Translations under genes and position numbers: made by a program | From: the human T2T-CHM13v2.0 reference genome, Homo sapiens | Assembly (NCBI RefSeq): GCF_009914755.1 | Contig: NC_060930.1 | Length of the DNA stretch: 64,000 nt | Reading direction: 5' to 3' (one strand) | Shown here: piece after piece, positions 51,701-64,000 of the stretch | Layout: the number at the start of each line of letters is the position of its first letter | Position numbering within the stretch: the first letter of the stretch is position 1 | The notes under the pieces: generated by a model | What the model was told of the DNA's origin: nothing | Databases searched by the model: none | What the model saw: only the letters and a program-made list of their open reading frames with translations

Positions 51701-51990
51701 GACACCGTTTTTGTAGAATTCCCAAGTGGATATTTAGAGCACTTTGAAGTCTCTGCTAGAAAAGGAAACATCTTCATGTAAAAAGTAGATAGAATCGTTC
51801 TCAGAAAGTGCTTAGTGACGTGTGCGTTCAACTCACAGAGTTTAACGTTTCTTTTGATAGAGCGTTTCTGAAACACCCTTCTTGTAGTAGCTGCAAGTGG
51901 ATATTTGGACCTATTGGAGGCCTTCTTTGGAAATGGGATTTCTTCATGTAACTCTAGATTGAAGAGTTCTCAGAAACTCCTTTGTGATGT
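36706..51990 (+). repeat. Five 18-mer HOR copies (units 14-18)
   Basis: Marker ORF at 36805, 39862, 42919, 45976, 49033, 52090 (spacing 3057). Confidence 0.97.
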
Positions 51991-54900
51991 GTGCATTCAA
52001 TTCAAAGAGTGAAACCTCCCTTTTCACAGAGCAGTTTTGAAACACTGTTTTTGTAGGATTTCCAAGGGGATATTTATAGCGCATTGAGCCTACGGCGGAA
52101 AAAGAAACATCTTCCTATAAAAACTAGACAGAATACTTCTCAGAATCTGCTTTGCGATGTGTGCGTTCAACTCACAGAGTAAAACTTTTCTTTTGATAGA
52201 GCAGTTTTGAAACACTCTTTTTGTAGTATTTGCATGTGTATATTTAGAGCGCATTGAAGCCCACAGTAGAAAAGGAAATAACTTCACCTAAAACCTAGAC
52301 AGAAGCAATCTCAGAAACTACTTTGTGATGTGTACATTCAACTCACAGAGTGGAACTTTCCTCTTTATAGAGCAGTGTTGAAACACTCTTTTTGTAGAAA
52401 CTGCAAGTGGATATTTGGACCTCTTTGAGGCCTTCGTTGGAAACGGGATTTCTTCCTATAACCCTAGACAGAAGAATTTTCAGAAACCTCATTGTGATGT
52501 GTGCGTTCATCTCACAGAGTGGAGTCTTCCGTTTGATAGAGAAGTTTTGAAACCCTGTTCTTGTAGGATTTCCAAGTGGATATTTAGACCACTTTGAAGC
52601 CTATGATAGAAAAGGAAACATCTTCATGGAAAACATAGATAGAATCATTCTCAGAAACAACTTTGTGATGTGTGCGTTGAACTCACCGTCTTTAACCTTT
52701 CTTTTGGTAGAGAAGTTTTGAAACACTCTCTTTGTAAAGTCTACAAGTGGATATTTTGAGCCCTTGGAGGCATTCTTTGGAAAAGGGAATGTCTTCACAT
52801 AAAAGGCAGACGGAAGTGTTCTCAGAAACTGCTTTGTGATGTCTGTGTTCAACTCACAGAGTTTAACATTTCCTTTGATAGAGCGGTTTAGTAACCCTCT
52901 CTTTGTAGAATTTGGAAGTGTATACTAAGAGCGCTTTGAGGCCTATGGTAGAAAAGGAAATATCTTTCCATAAAAGCTAGACAGAAGCAATCTCAGAAAC
53001 TCCTTTGCGATGTCTGCATTCAACTCACCGAGTGGAACATTCCTCTTGAGAGAGCAGTTTGGAAACACTCTTTCTGTAGAATCAGCTTGTTTGTATTTGG
53101 ACCTCCTTGAGGCCTTCGTTGGAAACGGGTTTTCATCTTATAAACCCAGACAGAAGAATTCTCAGAGTCTTCTTTGTGATGTGTGCTTTCAACTCACCGA
53201 GATAAAGATTTCTCTTGATAGAGCAATTTGGAAACACTCTTTTTGTAGAATTTGCAAGGGTACATTGAGAGCGCTTTCAGGCCTATGGTAGAAAAGGGAA
53301 TATCTTTCCATAAAAGGTAGACAGAAGCAATCTCAGAAACTACTTTGTGATGTGTGCATTCAACTCACCGAGTGCAACGTTCCTCTTGACCGAGCAGTTT
53401 GGAAACATTGTTTCTGTAGAATCTGCAAGGGGATATTTGGACCTCTTTGAGGCCTTCGTTGGAAACGGGATTTCTTCCTATAAACCCAGACAGAAGAATT
53501 CTCAGAGACTTCTTTGTGATGTGTGAATTCAACTCACAGTGTGGATCCTTCCTTTTGATAGAGCAGTTTTGAAACCCTGTTTTTGTAGTATTTCCAAGCG
53601 GATATTTGGAACGCCTTGAAGCGTATGGTAGAAAAGGAAATATCTTCCCATAAAACCTAGACAGAACCAATCTCAGAAACGACTTTGTGATGTCTGCATT
53701 CAAGTCACAGAGTTGAACATTTCTCTTGATAGAGCAGTTTTGAAACCCTCTTTCTGAAGGATCTGCAAGTGGATATTTGGAACTCCTTTGGGTCTTCGTT
53801 GGAAACGGGATTTCTTCGTATAAATCTAGACAGAAGAATTCTCAGAAACTTCCTTGTGATGTGTGCATTCAACTCAGCGAGTGGCACCTTCCTTTGGATA
53901 CAGCAGTTTTGAAACACTGTTTTTGTAGTATTTCCAAGCGGATATTTAGAGCGCCTTGAAGCCTATGCTAGAAATGGAAATATCTCCCCATAAAACCAAG
54001 ACGGAAGCAATCTCAGAAACTAATGTGTGATGGCTGCATTCCACACACACGGTGGACCATTTCTCTTGATAGAGCTGTTTTGAAACACTCTTTCTGTAGA
54101 ATCTGCAAGTGGATAATTGGACCTCCGAGAGGCCTTCGTTGGAAACGGGATTTCTTCATCTAAACCTACAGAGAAGTATTCTCAGTAACTTCTTCGGATG
54201 TGTGCATTCGACGCACAGAATGGAACATTCCCTTTGATAGAGCAGTTTTGAGACACCGTTTTTGTAGAATTCCCAAGTGGATATTTAGAGCACTTTGAAG
54301 TCTCTGCTAGAAAAGGAAACATCTTCATGTAAAAAGTAGATAGAATCGTTCTCAGAAAGTGCTTAGTGTCGTGTGCGTTCAACTCACAGAGTTTAACGTT
54401 TCTTTTGATAGAGCGTTTCTGAAACACCCTTCTTGTAGTAGCTGCAAGTGGATATTTGGACCTATTGGAGGCCTTCTTTGGAAATGGGATTTCTTCATGT
54501 AACTCTAGATTGAAGAATTCTCAGAAACTCCTTTGTGATGTGTGCATTCCATTCAAAGAGTGAAACCTCTCTTTTCACAGAGCAGTTTTGAAACACTGTT
54601 TTTGTAGGATTTCCAAGGGGATATTTATAGCGCATTGAGCCTACGGCGGAAAAAGAAACATCTTCCTATAAAAACTAGACAGAATACTTCTCAGAATCTG
54701 CTTTGCGATGTGTGCGTTCAACTCACAGAGTAAAACTTTTCTTTTGATAGAGCAGTTTTGAAACACTCTTTTTGTAGTATTTGCATGTGTATATTTAGAG
54801 CGCATTGAAGCCCACAGTAGAAAAGGAAATAACTTCACCTAAAACCTAGACAGAAGCAATCTCAGAAACTACTTTGTGATGTGTACATTCAACTCACAGA

Positions 54901-57900
54901 GTGGAACTTTCCTCTTTATAGAGCAGTGTTGAAACACTCTTTTTGTAGAAACTGCAAGTGGATATTTGGACCTCTTTGAGGCCTTCGTTGGAAACGGGAT
55001 TTCTTCCTATAACCCTAGACAGAAGAATTTTCAGAAACCTCATTGTGATGTGTGCGTTCATCTCACAGAGTGGAGTCTTCCGTTTGATAGAGAAGTTTTG
55101 AAACCCTGTTCTTGTAGGATTTCCAAGTGGATATTTAGACCACTTTGAAGCCTATGATAGAAAAGGAAACATCTTCATGGAAAACATAGATAGAATCATC
55201 CTCAGAAACAACTTTGTGATGTGTGCGTTGAACTCACCGTCTTTAACCTTTCTTTTGGTAGAGAAGTTTTGAAACACTCTCTTTGTAAAGTCTACAAGTG
55301 GATATTTTGAGCCCTTGGAGGCATTCTTTGGAAAAGGGAATGTCTTCACATAAAAGGCAGACGGAAGTGTTCTCAGAAACTGCTTTGTGATGTCTGTGTT
55401 CAACTCACAGAGTTTAACATTTCCTTTGATAGAGCGGTTTAGTAACCCTCTCTTTGTAGAATTTGGAAGTGTATACTAAGAGCGCTTTGAGGCCTATGGT
55501 AGAAAAGGAAATATCTTTCCATAAAAGCTAGACAGAAGCAATCTCAGAAACTCCTCTGTGATGTCTGCATTCAACTCACCGAGTGGAACATTCCTCTTGA
55601 GAGAGCAGTTTGGAAACACTCTTTCTGTAGAATCAGCTTGTTTGTATTTGGACCTCCTTGAGGCCTTCGTTGGAAACGGGTTTTCATCTTATAAACCCAG
55701 ACAGAAGAATTCTCAGAGTCTTCTTTGTGATGTGTGCTTTCAACTCACCGAGATAAAGATTTCTCTTGATAGAGCAATTTGGAAACACTCTTTTTGTAGA
55801 ATTTGCAAGGGTACATTGAGAGCGCTTTCAGGCCTATGGTAGAAAAGGGAATATCTTTCCATAAAAGGTAGACAGAAGCAATCTCAGAAACTACTTTGTG
55901 ATGTGTGCATTCAACTCACCGAGTGCAACGTTCCTCTTGACCGAGCAGTTTGGAAACATTGTTTCTGTAGAATCTGCAAGTGGATATTTGGACCTCTTTG
56001 AGGCCTTCGTTGGAAACGGGATTTCTTCCTATAAACCCAGACAGAAGAATTCTCAGAGACTTCTTTGTGATGTGTGAATTCAACTCACAGTGTGGATCCT
56101 TCCTTTTGATAGAGCAGTTTTGAAACCCTGTTTTTGTAGTATTTCCAAGCGGATATTCGGAACGCCTTGAAGCGTATGGTAGAAAAGGAAATATCTTCCC
56201 ATAAAACCTAGACAGAACCAATCTCAGAAACGACTTTGTGATGTCTGCATTCAAGTCACAGAGTTGAACATTTCTCTTGATAGAGCAGTTTTGAAACCCT
56301 CTTTCTGAAGGATCTGCAAGTGGATATTTGGAACTCCTTTGGGTCTTCGTTGGAAACGGGATTTCTTCGTATAAATCTAGACAGAAGAATTCTCAGAAAC
56401 TTCCTTGTGATGTGTGCATTCAACTCAGCGAGTGGCACCTTCCTTTGGATACAGCAGTTTTGAAACACTGTTTTTGTAGTATTTCCAAGCGGATATTTAG
56501 AGCGCCTTGAAGCCTATGCTAGAAATGGAAATATCTCCCCATAAAACCAAGACGGAAGCAATCTCAGAAACTAATGTGTGATGGCTGCATTCCACACACA
56601 CGGTGGACCATTTCTCTTGATAGAGCAGTTTTGAAACACTCTTTCTGTAGAATCTGCAAGTGGATAATTGGACCTCCTAGAGGCCTTCGTTGGAAACGGG
56701 ATTTCTTCATCTAAACCTACAGAGAAGTATTCTCAGTAACTTCTTCGGATGTGTGCATTCGACGCACAGAATGGAACATTCCCTTTGATAGAGCAGTTTT
56801 GAGACACCGTTTTTGTAGAATTCCCAAGTGGATATTTAGAGCACTTTGAAGTCTCTGCTAGAAAAGGAAACATCTTCATGTAAAAAGTAGATAGAATCGT
56901 TCTCAGAAAGTGCTTAGTGTCGTGTGCGTTCAACTCACAGAGTTTAACGTTTCTTTTGATAGAGCGTTTCTGAAACACCCTTCTTGTAGTAGCTGCAAGT
57001 GGATATTTGGACCTATTGGAGGCCTTCTTTGGAAATGGGATTTCTTCATGTAACTCTAGATTGAAGAATTCTCAGAAACTCCTTTGTGATGTGTGCATTC
57101 AATTCAAAGAGTGAAACCTCTCTTTTCACAGAGCAGTTTTGAAACACTGTTTTTGTAGGATTTCCAAGGGGATATTTATAGCGCATTGAGCCTACGGCGG
57201 AAAAAGAAACATCTTCCTATAAAAACTAGACAGAATACTTCTCAGAATCTGCTTTGCGATGTGTGCGTTCAACTCACAGAGTAAAACTTTTCTTTTGATA
57301 GAGCAGTTTTGAAACACTCTTTTTGTAGTATTTGCATGTGTATATTTAGAGCGCATTGAAGCCCACAGTAGAAAAGGAAATAACTTCACCTAAAACCTAG
57401 ACAGAAGCAATCACAGAAACTACTTTGTGATGTGTACATTCAACTCACAGAGTGGAACTTTCCTCTTTATAGAGCAGTGTTGAAACACTCTTTTTGTAGA
57501 AACTGCAAGTGGATATTTGGACCTCTTTGAGGCCTTCGTTGGAAACGGGATTTCTTCCTATAACCCTAGACAGAAGAATTTTCAGAAACCTCATTGTGAT
57601 GTGTGCGTTCATCTCACAGAGTGGAGTCTTCTGTTTGATAGAGAAGTTTTGAAACCCTGTTCTTGTAGGATTTCCAAGTGGATATTTAGACCACTTTGAA
57701 GCCTATGATAGAAAAGGAAACATCTTCATGGAAAACATAGATAGAATCATCCTCAGAAACAACTTTGTGATGTGTGCGTTGAACTCACCGTCTTTAACCT
57801 TTCTTTTGGTAGAGAAGTTTTGAAACACTCTCTTTGTAAAGTCTACAAGTGGATATTTTGAGCCCTTGGAGGCATTCTTTGGAAAAGGGAATGTCTTCAC

Positions 57901-60900
57901 ATAAAAGGCAGACGGAAGTGTTCTCAGAAACTGCTTTGTGATGTCTGTGTTCAACTCACAGAGTTTAACATTTCCTTTGATAGAGCGGTTTAGTAACCCT
58001 CTCTTTGTAGAATTTGGAAGTGTATACTAAGAGCGCTTTGAGGCCTATGGTAGAAAAGGAAATATCTTTCCATAAAAGCTAGACAGAAGCAATCTCAGAA
58101 ACTCCTCTGTGATGTCTGCATTCAACTCACCGAGTGGAACATTCCTCTTGATAGAGCAGTTTGGAAACACTCTTTCTGTAGAATCAGCTTGTTTGTATTT
58201 GGACCTCCTTGAGGCCTTCGTTGGAAACGGGTTTTCATCTTATAAACCCAGACAGAAGAATTCTCAGAGTCTTCTTTGTGATGTGTGCTTTCAACTCACC
58301 GAGATAAAGATTTCTCTTGATAGAGCAATTTGGAAACACTCTTTTTGTAGAATTTGCAAGGGTACATTGAGAGCGCTTTCAGGCCTATGGTAGAAAAGGG
58401 AATATCTTTCCATAAAAGGTAGACAGAAGCAATCTCAGAAACTACTTTGTGATGTGTGCATTCAACTCACCGAGTGCAACGTTCCTCTTGACCGAGCAGT
58501 TTGGAAACATTGTTTCTGTAGAATCTGCAAGTGGATATTTGGACCTCTTTGAGGCCTTCGTTGGAAACGGGATTTCTTCCTATAAACCCAGACAGAAGAA
58601 TTCTCAGAGACTTCTTTGTGATGTGTGAATTCAACTCACAGTGTGGATCCTTCCTTTTGATAGAGCAGTTTTGAAACCCTGTTTTTGTAGTATTTCCAAG
58701 CGGATATTTGGAACGCCTTGAAGCGTATGGTAGAAAAGGAAATATCTTCCCATAAAACCTAGACAGAACCAATCTCAGAAACGACTTTGTGATGTCTGCA
58801 TTCAAGTCACAGAGTTGAACATTTCTCTTGATAGAGCAGTTTTGAAACCCTCTTTCTGAAGGATCTGCAAGTGGATATTTGGAACTCCTTTGGGTCTTCG
58901 TTGGAAACGGGATTTCTTCGTATAAATCTAGACAGAAGAATTCTCAGAAACTTCCTTGTGATGTGTGCATTCAACTCAGCGAGTGGCACCTTCCTTTGGA
59001 TACAGCAGTTTTGAAACACTGTTTTTGTAGTATTTCCAAGCGGATATTTAGAGCGCCTTGAAGCCTATGCTAGAAATGGAAATATCTCCCCATAAAACCA
59101 AGACGGAAGCAATCTCAGAAACTAATGTGTGATGGCTGCATTCCACACACACGGTGGACCATTTCTCTTGATAGAGCTGTTTTGAAACACTCTTTCTGTA
59201 GAATCTGCAAGTGGATAATTGGACCTCCGAGAGGCCTTCGTTGGAAACGGGATTTCTTCATCTAAACCTACAGAGAAGTATTCTCAGTAACTTCTTCGGA
59301 TGTGTGCATTCGACGCACAGAATGGAACATTCCCTTTGATAGAGCAGTTTTGAGACACCGTTTTTGTAGAATTCCCAAGTGGATATTTAGAGCACTTTGA
59401 AGTCTCTGCTAGAAAAGGAAACATCTTCATGTAAAAAGTAGATAGAATCGTTCTCAGAAAGTGCTTAGTGTCGTGTGCGTTCAACTCACAGAGTTTAACG
59501 TTTCTTTTGATAGAGCGTTTCTGAAACACCCTTCTTGTAGTAGCTGCAAGTGGATATTTGGACCTATTGGAGGCCTTCTTTGGAAATGGGATTTCTTCAT
59601 GTAACTCTAGATTGAAGAATTCTCAGAAACTCCTTTGTGATGTGTGCATTCCATTCAAAGAGTGAAACCTCTCTTTTCACAGAGCAGTTTTGAAACACTG
59701 TTTTTGTAGGATTTCCAAGGGGATATTTATAGCGCATTGAGCCTACGGCGGAAAAAGAAACATCTTCCTATAAAAACTAGACAGAATACTTCTCAGAATC
59801 TGCTTTGCGATGTGTGCGTTCAACTCACAGAGTAAAACTTTTCTTTTGATAGAGCAGTTTTGAAACACTCTTTTTGTAGTATTTGCATGTGTATATTTAG
59901 AGCGCATTGAAGCCCACAGTAGAAAAGGAAATAACTTCACCTAAAACCTAGACAGAAGCAATCTCAGAAACTACTTTGTGATGTGTACATTCAACTCACA
60001 GAGTGGAACTTTCCTCTTTATAGAGCAGTGTTGAAACACTCTTTTTGTAGAAACTGCAAGTGGATATTTGGACCTCTTTGAGGCCTTCGTTGGAAACGGG
60101 ATTTCTTCCTATAACCCTAGACAGAAGAATTTTCAGAAACCTCATTGTGATGTGTGCGTTCATCTCACAGAGTGGAGTCTTCCGTTTGATAGAGAAGTTT
60201 TGAAACCCTGTTCTTGTAGGATTTCCAAGTGGATATTTAGACCACTTTGAAGCCTATGATAGAAAAGGAAACATCTTCATGGAAAACATAGATAGAATCA
60301 TCCTCAGAAACAACTTTGTGATGTGTGCGTTGAACTCACCGTCTTTAACCTTTCTTTTGGTAGAGAAGTTTTGAAACACTCTCTTTGTAAAGTCTACAAG
60401 TGGATATTTTGAGCCCTTGGAGGCATTCTTTGGAAAAGGGAATGTCTTCACATAAAAGGCAGACGGAAGTGTTCTCAGAAACTGCTTTGTGATGTCTGTG
60501 TTCAACTCACAGAGTTTAACATTTCCTTTGATAGAGCGGTTTAGTAACCCTCTCTTTGTAGAATTTGGAAGTGTATACTAAGAGCGCTTTGAGGCCTATG
60601 GTAGAAAAGGAAATATCTTTCCATAAAAGCTAGACAGAAGCAATCTCAGAAACTCCTTTGTGATGTCTGCATTCAACTCACCGAGTGGAACATTCCTCTT
60701 GAGAGAGCAGTTTGGAAACACTCTTTCTGTAGAATCAGCTTGTTTGTATTTGGACCTCCTTGAGGCCTTCGTTGGAAACGGGTTTTCATCTTATAAACCC
60801 AGACAGAAGAATTCTCAGAGTCTTCTTTGTGATGTGTGCTTTCAACTCACCGAGATAAAGATTTCTCTTGATAGAGCAATTTGGAAACACTCTTTTTGTA

Positions 60901-62194
60901 GAATTTGCAAGGGTACATTGAGAGCGCTTTCAGGCCTATGGTAGAAAAGGGAATATCTTTCCATAAAAGGTAGACAGAAGCAATCTCAGAAACTACTTTG
61001 TGATGTGTGCATTCAACTCACCGAGTGCAACGTTCCTCTTGACCGAGCAGTTTGGAAACATTGTTTCTGTAGAATCTGCAAGTGGATATTTGGACCTCTT
61101 TGAGGCCTTCGTTGGAAACGGGATTTCTTCCTATAAACCCAGACAGAAGAATTCTCAGAGACTTCTTTGTGATGTGTGAATTCAACTCACAGTGTGGATC
61201 CTTCCTTTTGATAGAGCAGTTTTGAAACCCTGTTTTTGTAGTATTTCCAAGCGGATATTCGGAACGCCTTGAAGCGTATGGTAGAAAAGGAAATATCTTC
61301 CCATAAAACCTAGACAGAACCAATCTCAGAAACGACTTTGTGATGTCTGCATTCAAGTCACAGAGTTGAACATTTCTCTTGATAGAGCAGTTTTGAAACC
61401 CTCTTTCTGAAGGATCTGCAAGTGGATATTTGGAACTCCTTTGGGTCTTCGTTGGAAACGGGATTTCTTCGTATAAATCTAGACAGAAGAATTCTCAGAA
61501 ACTTCCTTGTGATGTGTGCATTCAACTCAGCGAGTGGCACCTTCCTTTGGATACAGCAGTTTTGAAACACTGTTTTTGTAGTATTTCCAAGCGGATATTT
61601 AGAGCGCCTTGAAGCCTATGCTAGAAATGGAAATATCTCCCCATAAAACCAAGACGGAAGCAATCTCAGAAACTAATGTGTGATGGCTGCATTCCACACA
61701 CACGGTGGACCATTTCTCTTGATAGAGCAGTTTTGAAACACTCTTTCTGTAGAATCTGCAAGTGGATAATTGGACCTCCTAGAGGCCTTCGTTGGAAACG
61801 GGATTTCTTCATCTAAACCTACAGAGAAGTATTCTCAGTAACTTCTTCGGATGTGTGCATTCGACGCACAGAATGGAACATTCCCTTTGATAGAGCAGTT
61901 TTGAGACACCGTTTTTGTAGAATTCCCAAGTGGATATTTAGAGCACTTTGAAGTCTCTGCTAGAAAAGGAAACATCTTCATGTAAAAAGTAGATAGAATC
62001 GTTCTCAGAAAGTGCTTAGTGTCGTGTGCGTTCAACTCACAGAGTTTAACGTTTCTTTTGATAGAGCGTTTCTGAAACACCCTTCTTGTAGTAGCTGCAA
62101 GTGGATATTTGGACCTATTGGAGGCCTTCTTTGGAAATGGGATTTCTTCATGTAACTCTAGATTGAAGAATTCTCAGAAACTCCTTTGTGATGT
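51991..62194 (+). repeat. Four 15-mer variant HOR copies (units 19-22)
   Basis: Marker ORF at 52090, 54641, 57192, 59743, 62294 (spacing 2551). Confidence 0.97.
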
Positions 62195-64000
62195 GTGCAT
62201 TCAATTCAAAGAGTGAAACCTCTCTTTTCACAGAGCAGTTTTGAAACACTGTTTTTGTAGGATTTCCAAGGGGATATTTATAGCGCATTGAGCCTACGGC
62301 GGAAAAAGAAACATCTTCCTATAAAAACTAGACAGAATACTTCTCAGAATCTGCTTTGCGATGTGTGCGTTCAACTCACAGAGTAAAACTTTTCTTTTGA
62401 TAGAGCAGTTTTGAAACACTCTTTTTGTAGTATTTGCATGTGTATATTTAGAGCGCATTGAAGCCCACAGTAGAAAAGGAAATAACTTCACCTAAAACCT
62501 AGACAGAAGCAATCACAGAAACTACTTTGTGATGTGTACATTCAACTCACAGAGTGGAACTTTCCTCTTTATAGAGCAGTGTTGAAACACTCTTTTTGTA
62601 GAAACTGCAAGTGGATATTTGGACCTCTTTGAGGCCTTCGTTGGAAACGGGATTTCTTCCTATAACCCTAGACAGAAGAATTTTCAGAAACCTCATTGTG
62701 ATGTGTGCGTTCATCTCACAGAGTGGAGTCTTCCGTTTGATAGAGAAGTTTTGAAACCCTGTTCTTGTAGGATTTCCAAGTGGATATTTAGACCACTTTG
62801 AAGCCTATGATAGAAAAGGAAACATCTTCATGGAAAACATAGATAGAATCATCCTCAGAAACAACTTTGTGATGTGTGCGTTGAACTCACCGTCTTTAAC
62901 CTTTCTTTTGGTAGAGAAGTTTTGAAACACTCTCTTTGTAAAGTCTACAAGTGGATATTTTGAGCCCTTGGAGGCATTCTTTGGAAAAGGGAATGTCTTC
63001 ACATAAAAGGCAGACGGAAGTGTTCTCAGAAACTGCTTTGTGATGTCTGTGTTCAACTCACAGAGTTTAACATTTCCTTTGATAGAGCGGTTTAGTAACC
63101 CTCTCTTTGTAGAATTTGGAAGTGTATACTAAGAGCGCTTTGAGGCCTATGGTAGAAAAGGAAATATCTTTCCATAAAAGCTAGACAGAAGCAATCTCAG
63201 AAACTCCTCTGTGATGTCTGCATTCAACTCACCGAGTGGAACATTCCTCTTGATAGAGCAGTTTGGAAACACTCTTTCTGTAGAATCAGCTTGTTTGTAT
63301 TTGGACCTCCTTGAGGCCTTCGTTGGAAACGGGTTTTCATCTTATAAACCCAGACAGAAGAATTCTCAGAGTCTTCTTTGTGATGTGTGCTTTCAACTCA
63401 CCGAGATAAAGATTTCTCTTGATAGAGCAATTTGGAAACACTCTTTTTGTAGAATTTGCAAGGGTACATTGAGAGCGCTTTCAGGCCTATGGTAGAAAAG
63501 GGAATATCTTTCCATAAAAGGTAGACAGAAGCAATCTCAGAAACTACTTTGTGATGTGTGCATTCAACTCACCGAGTGCAACGTTCCTCTTGACCGAGCA
63601 GTTTGGAAACATTGTTTCTGTAGAATCTGCAAGTGGATATTTGGACCTCTTTGAGGCCTTCGTTGGAAACGGGATTTCTTCCTATAAACCCAGACAGAAG
63701 AATTCTCAGAGACTTCTTTGTGATGTGTGAATTCAACTCACAGTGTGGATCCTTCCTTTTGATAGAGCAGTTTTGAAACCCTGTTTTTGTAGTATTTCCA
63801 AGCGGATATTTGGAACGCCTTGAAGCGTATGGTAGAAAAGGAAATATCTTCCCATAAAACCTAGACAGAACCAATCTCAGAAACGACTTTGTGATGTCTG
63901 CATTCAAGTCACAGAGTTGAACATTTCTCTTGATAGAGCAGTTTTGAAACCCTCTTTCTGAAGGATCTGCAAGTGGATATTTGGAACTCCTTTGGGTCTT
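62195..64000 (+). repeat. Partial HOR copy (unit 23), truncated by the window just before the diagnostic 15/18-mer junction
   Basis: Matches HOR offsets 1-1806 and ends in ...tttgggtctt, the start of the CENP-B box that precedes the junction. Confidence 0.95.

Larger units (their letters stand above)
1..64000 (+). repeat. Centromeric alpha-satellite higher-order repeat array, probably human chr6 D6Z1 (S1C6H1L, suprachromosomal family 1)
   Basis: ~170-bp monomers with alphoid motifs (cattcaactcacagag, gatagagcagttttgaaacac, ctagacagaagaattctcagaaac) and canonical CENP-B boxes CTTCGTTGGAAACGGGA. The ORF track recurs at exact 3057- or 2551-bp spacing. An 18-mer of ~3 kb with a single BamHI site matches what I recall of D6Z1. 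Alpha-satellite identity is essentially certain; the chromosome assignment is somewhat less so. Confidence 0.95.

Noticed and set aside
9172-62194. The 15-mer as a previously undescribed HOR
   Set aside because: Shorter structural variants of live HORs, including for D6Z1 as I recall, are already catalogued in T2T centromere annotations. Only the finer pairing and linkage structure is offered as potentially new.
100-63907. Repeated 60-207 aa ORFs on both strands (e.g. 207 aa at 1375-1998, 119 aa at 2116-2475)
   Set aside because: They are translations of alpha-satellite monomers with internal ~57-codon periodicity and no recognisable domain. They overlap on opposite strands and recur only because the DNA is tandemly repeated.
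1-64000. Possible embedded L1/Alu insertion, inversion or non-alphoid island
   Set aside because: Exact 3057/2551 spacing and constant ORF strand order leave no room for an insertion or a strand switch.

Overview
The whole 64 kb window is one uninterrupted, single-orientation primate centromeric alpha-satellite array (~170-bp monomers with CENP-B boxes and pJalpha-type A boxes). It is organised as a 3057-bp, 18-monomer higher-order repeat (HOR) with one BamHI site per unit. This best matches the human chromosome 6 live array D6Z1 (S1C6H1L), an assignment made from recall of HOR size and the BamHI period, not from alignment. A 2551-bp, 15-monomer deletion variant is interspersed. Counting from position 1, the unit order is LLL SSSS LLLL SS LLLLL SSSS plus a partial unit (L=18-mer, S=15-mer). 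Unit starts: 1, 3058, 6115, 9172, 11723, 14274, 16825, 19376, 22433, 25490, 28547, 31604, 34155, 36706, 39763, 42820, 45877, 48934, 51991, 54542, 57093, 59644, 62195. I found no genes, RNA genes, transposons, inversions or CRISPR arrays. All listed ORFs are chance frames repeated by the satellite, and I see no new protein-based system. The interesting signal is structural: a mappable 21-bp deletion junction beside a CENP-B box, an SNV perfectly linked to the 15-mer, 15-mers travelling as a 5102-bp pair, a candidate 17.3-kb super-repeat and a mappable crossover. SNVs were read by eye and need confirming by alignment.
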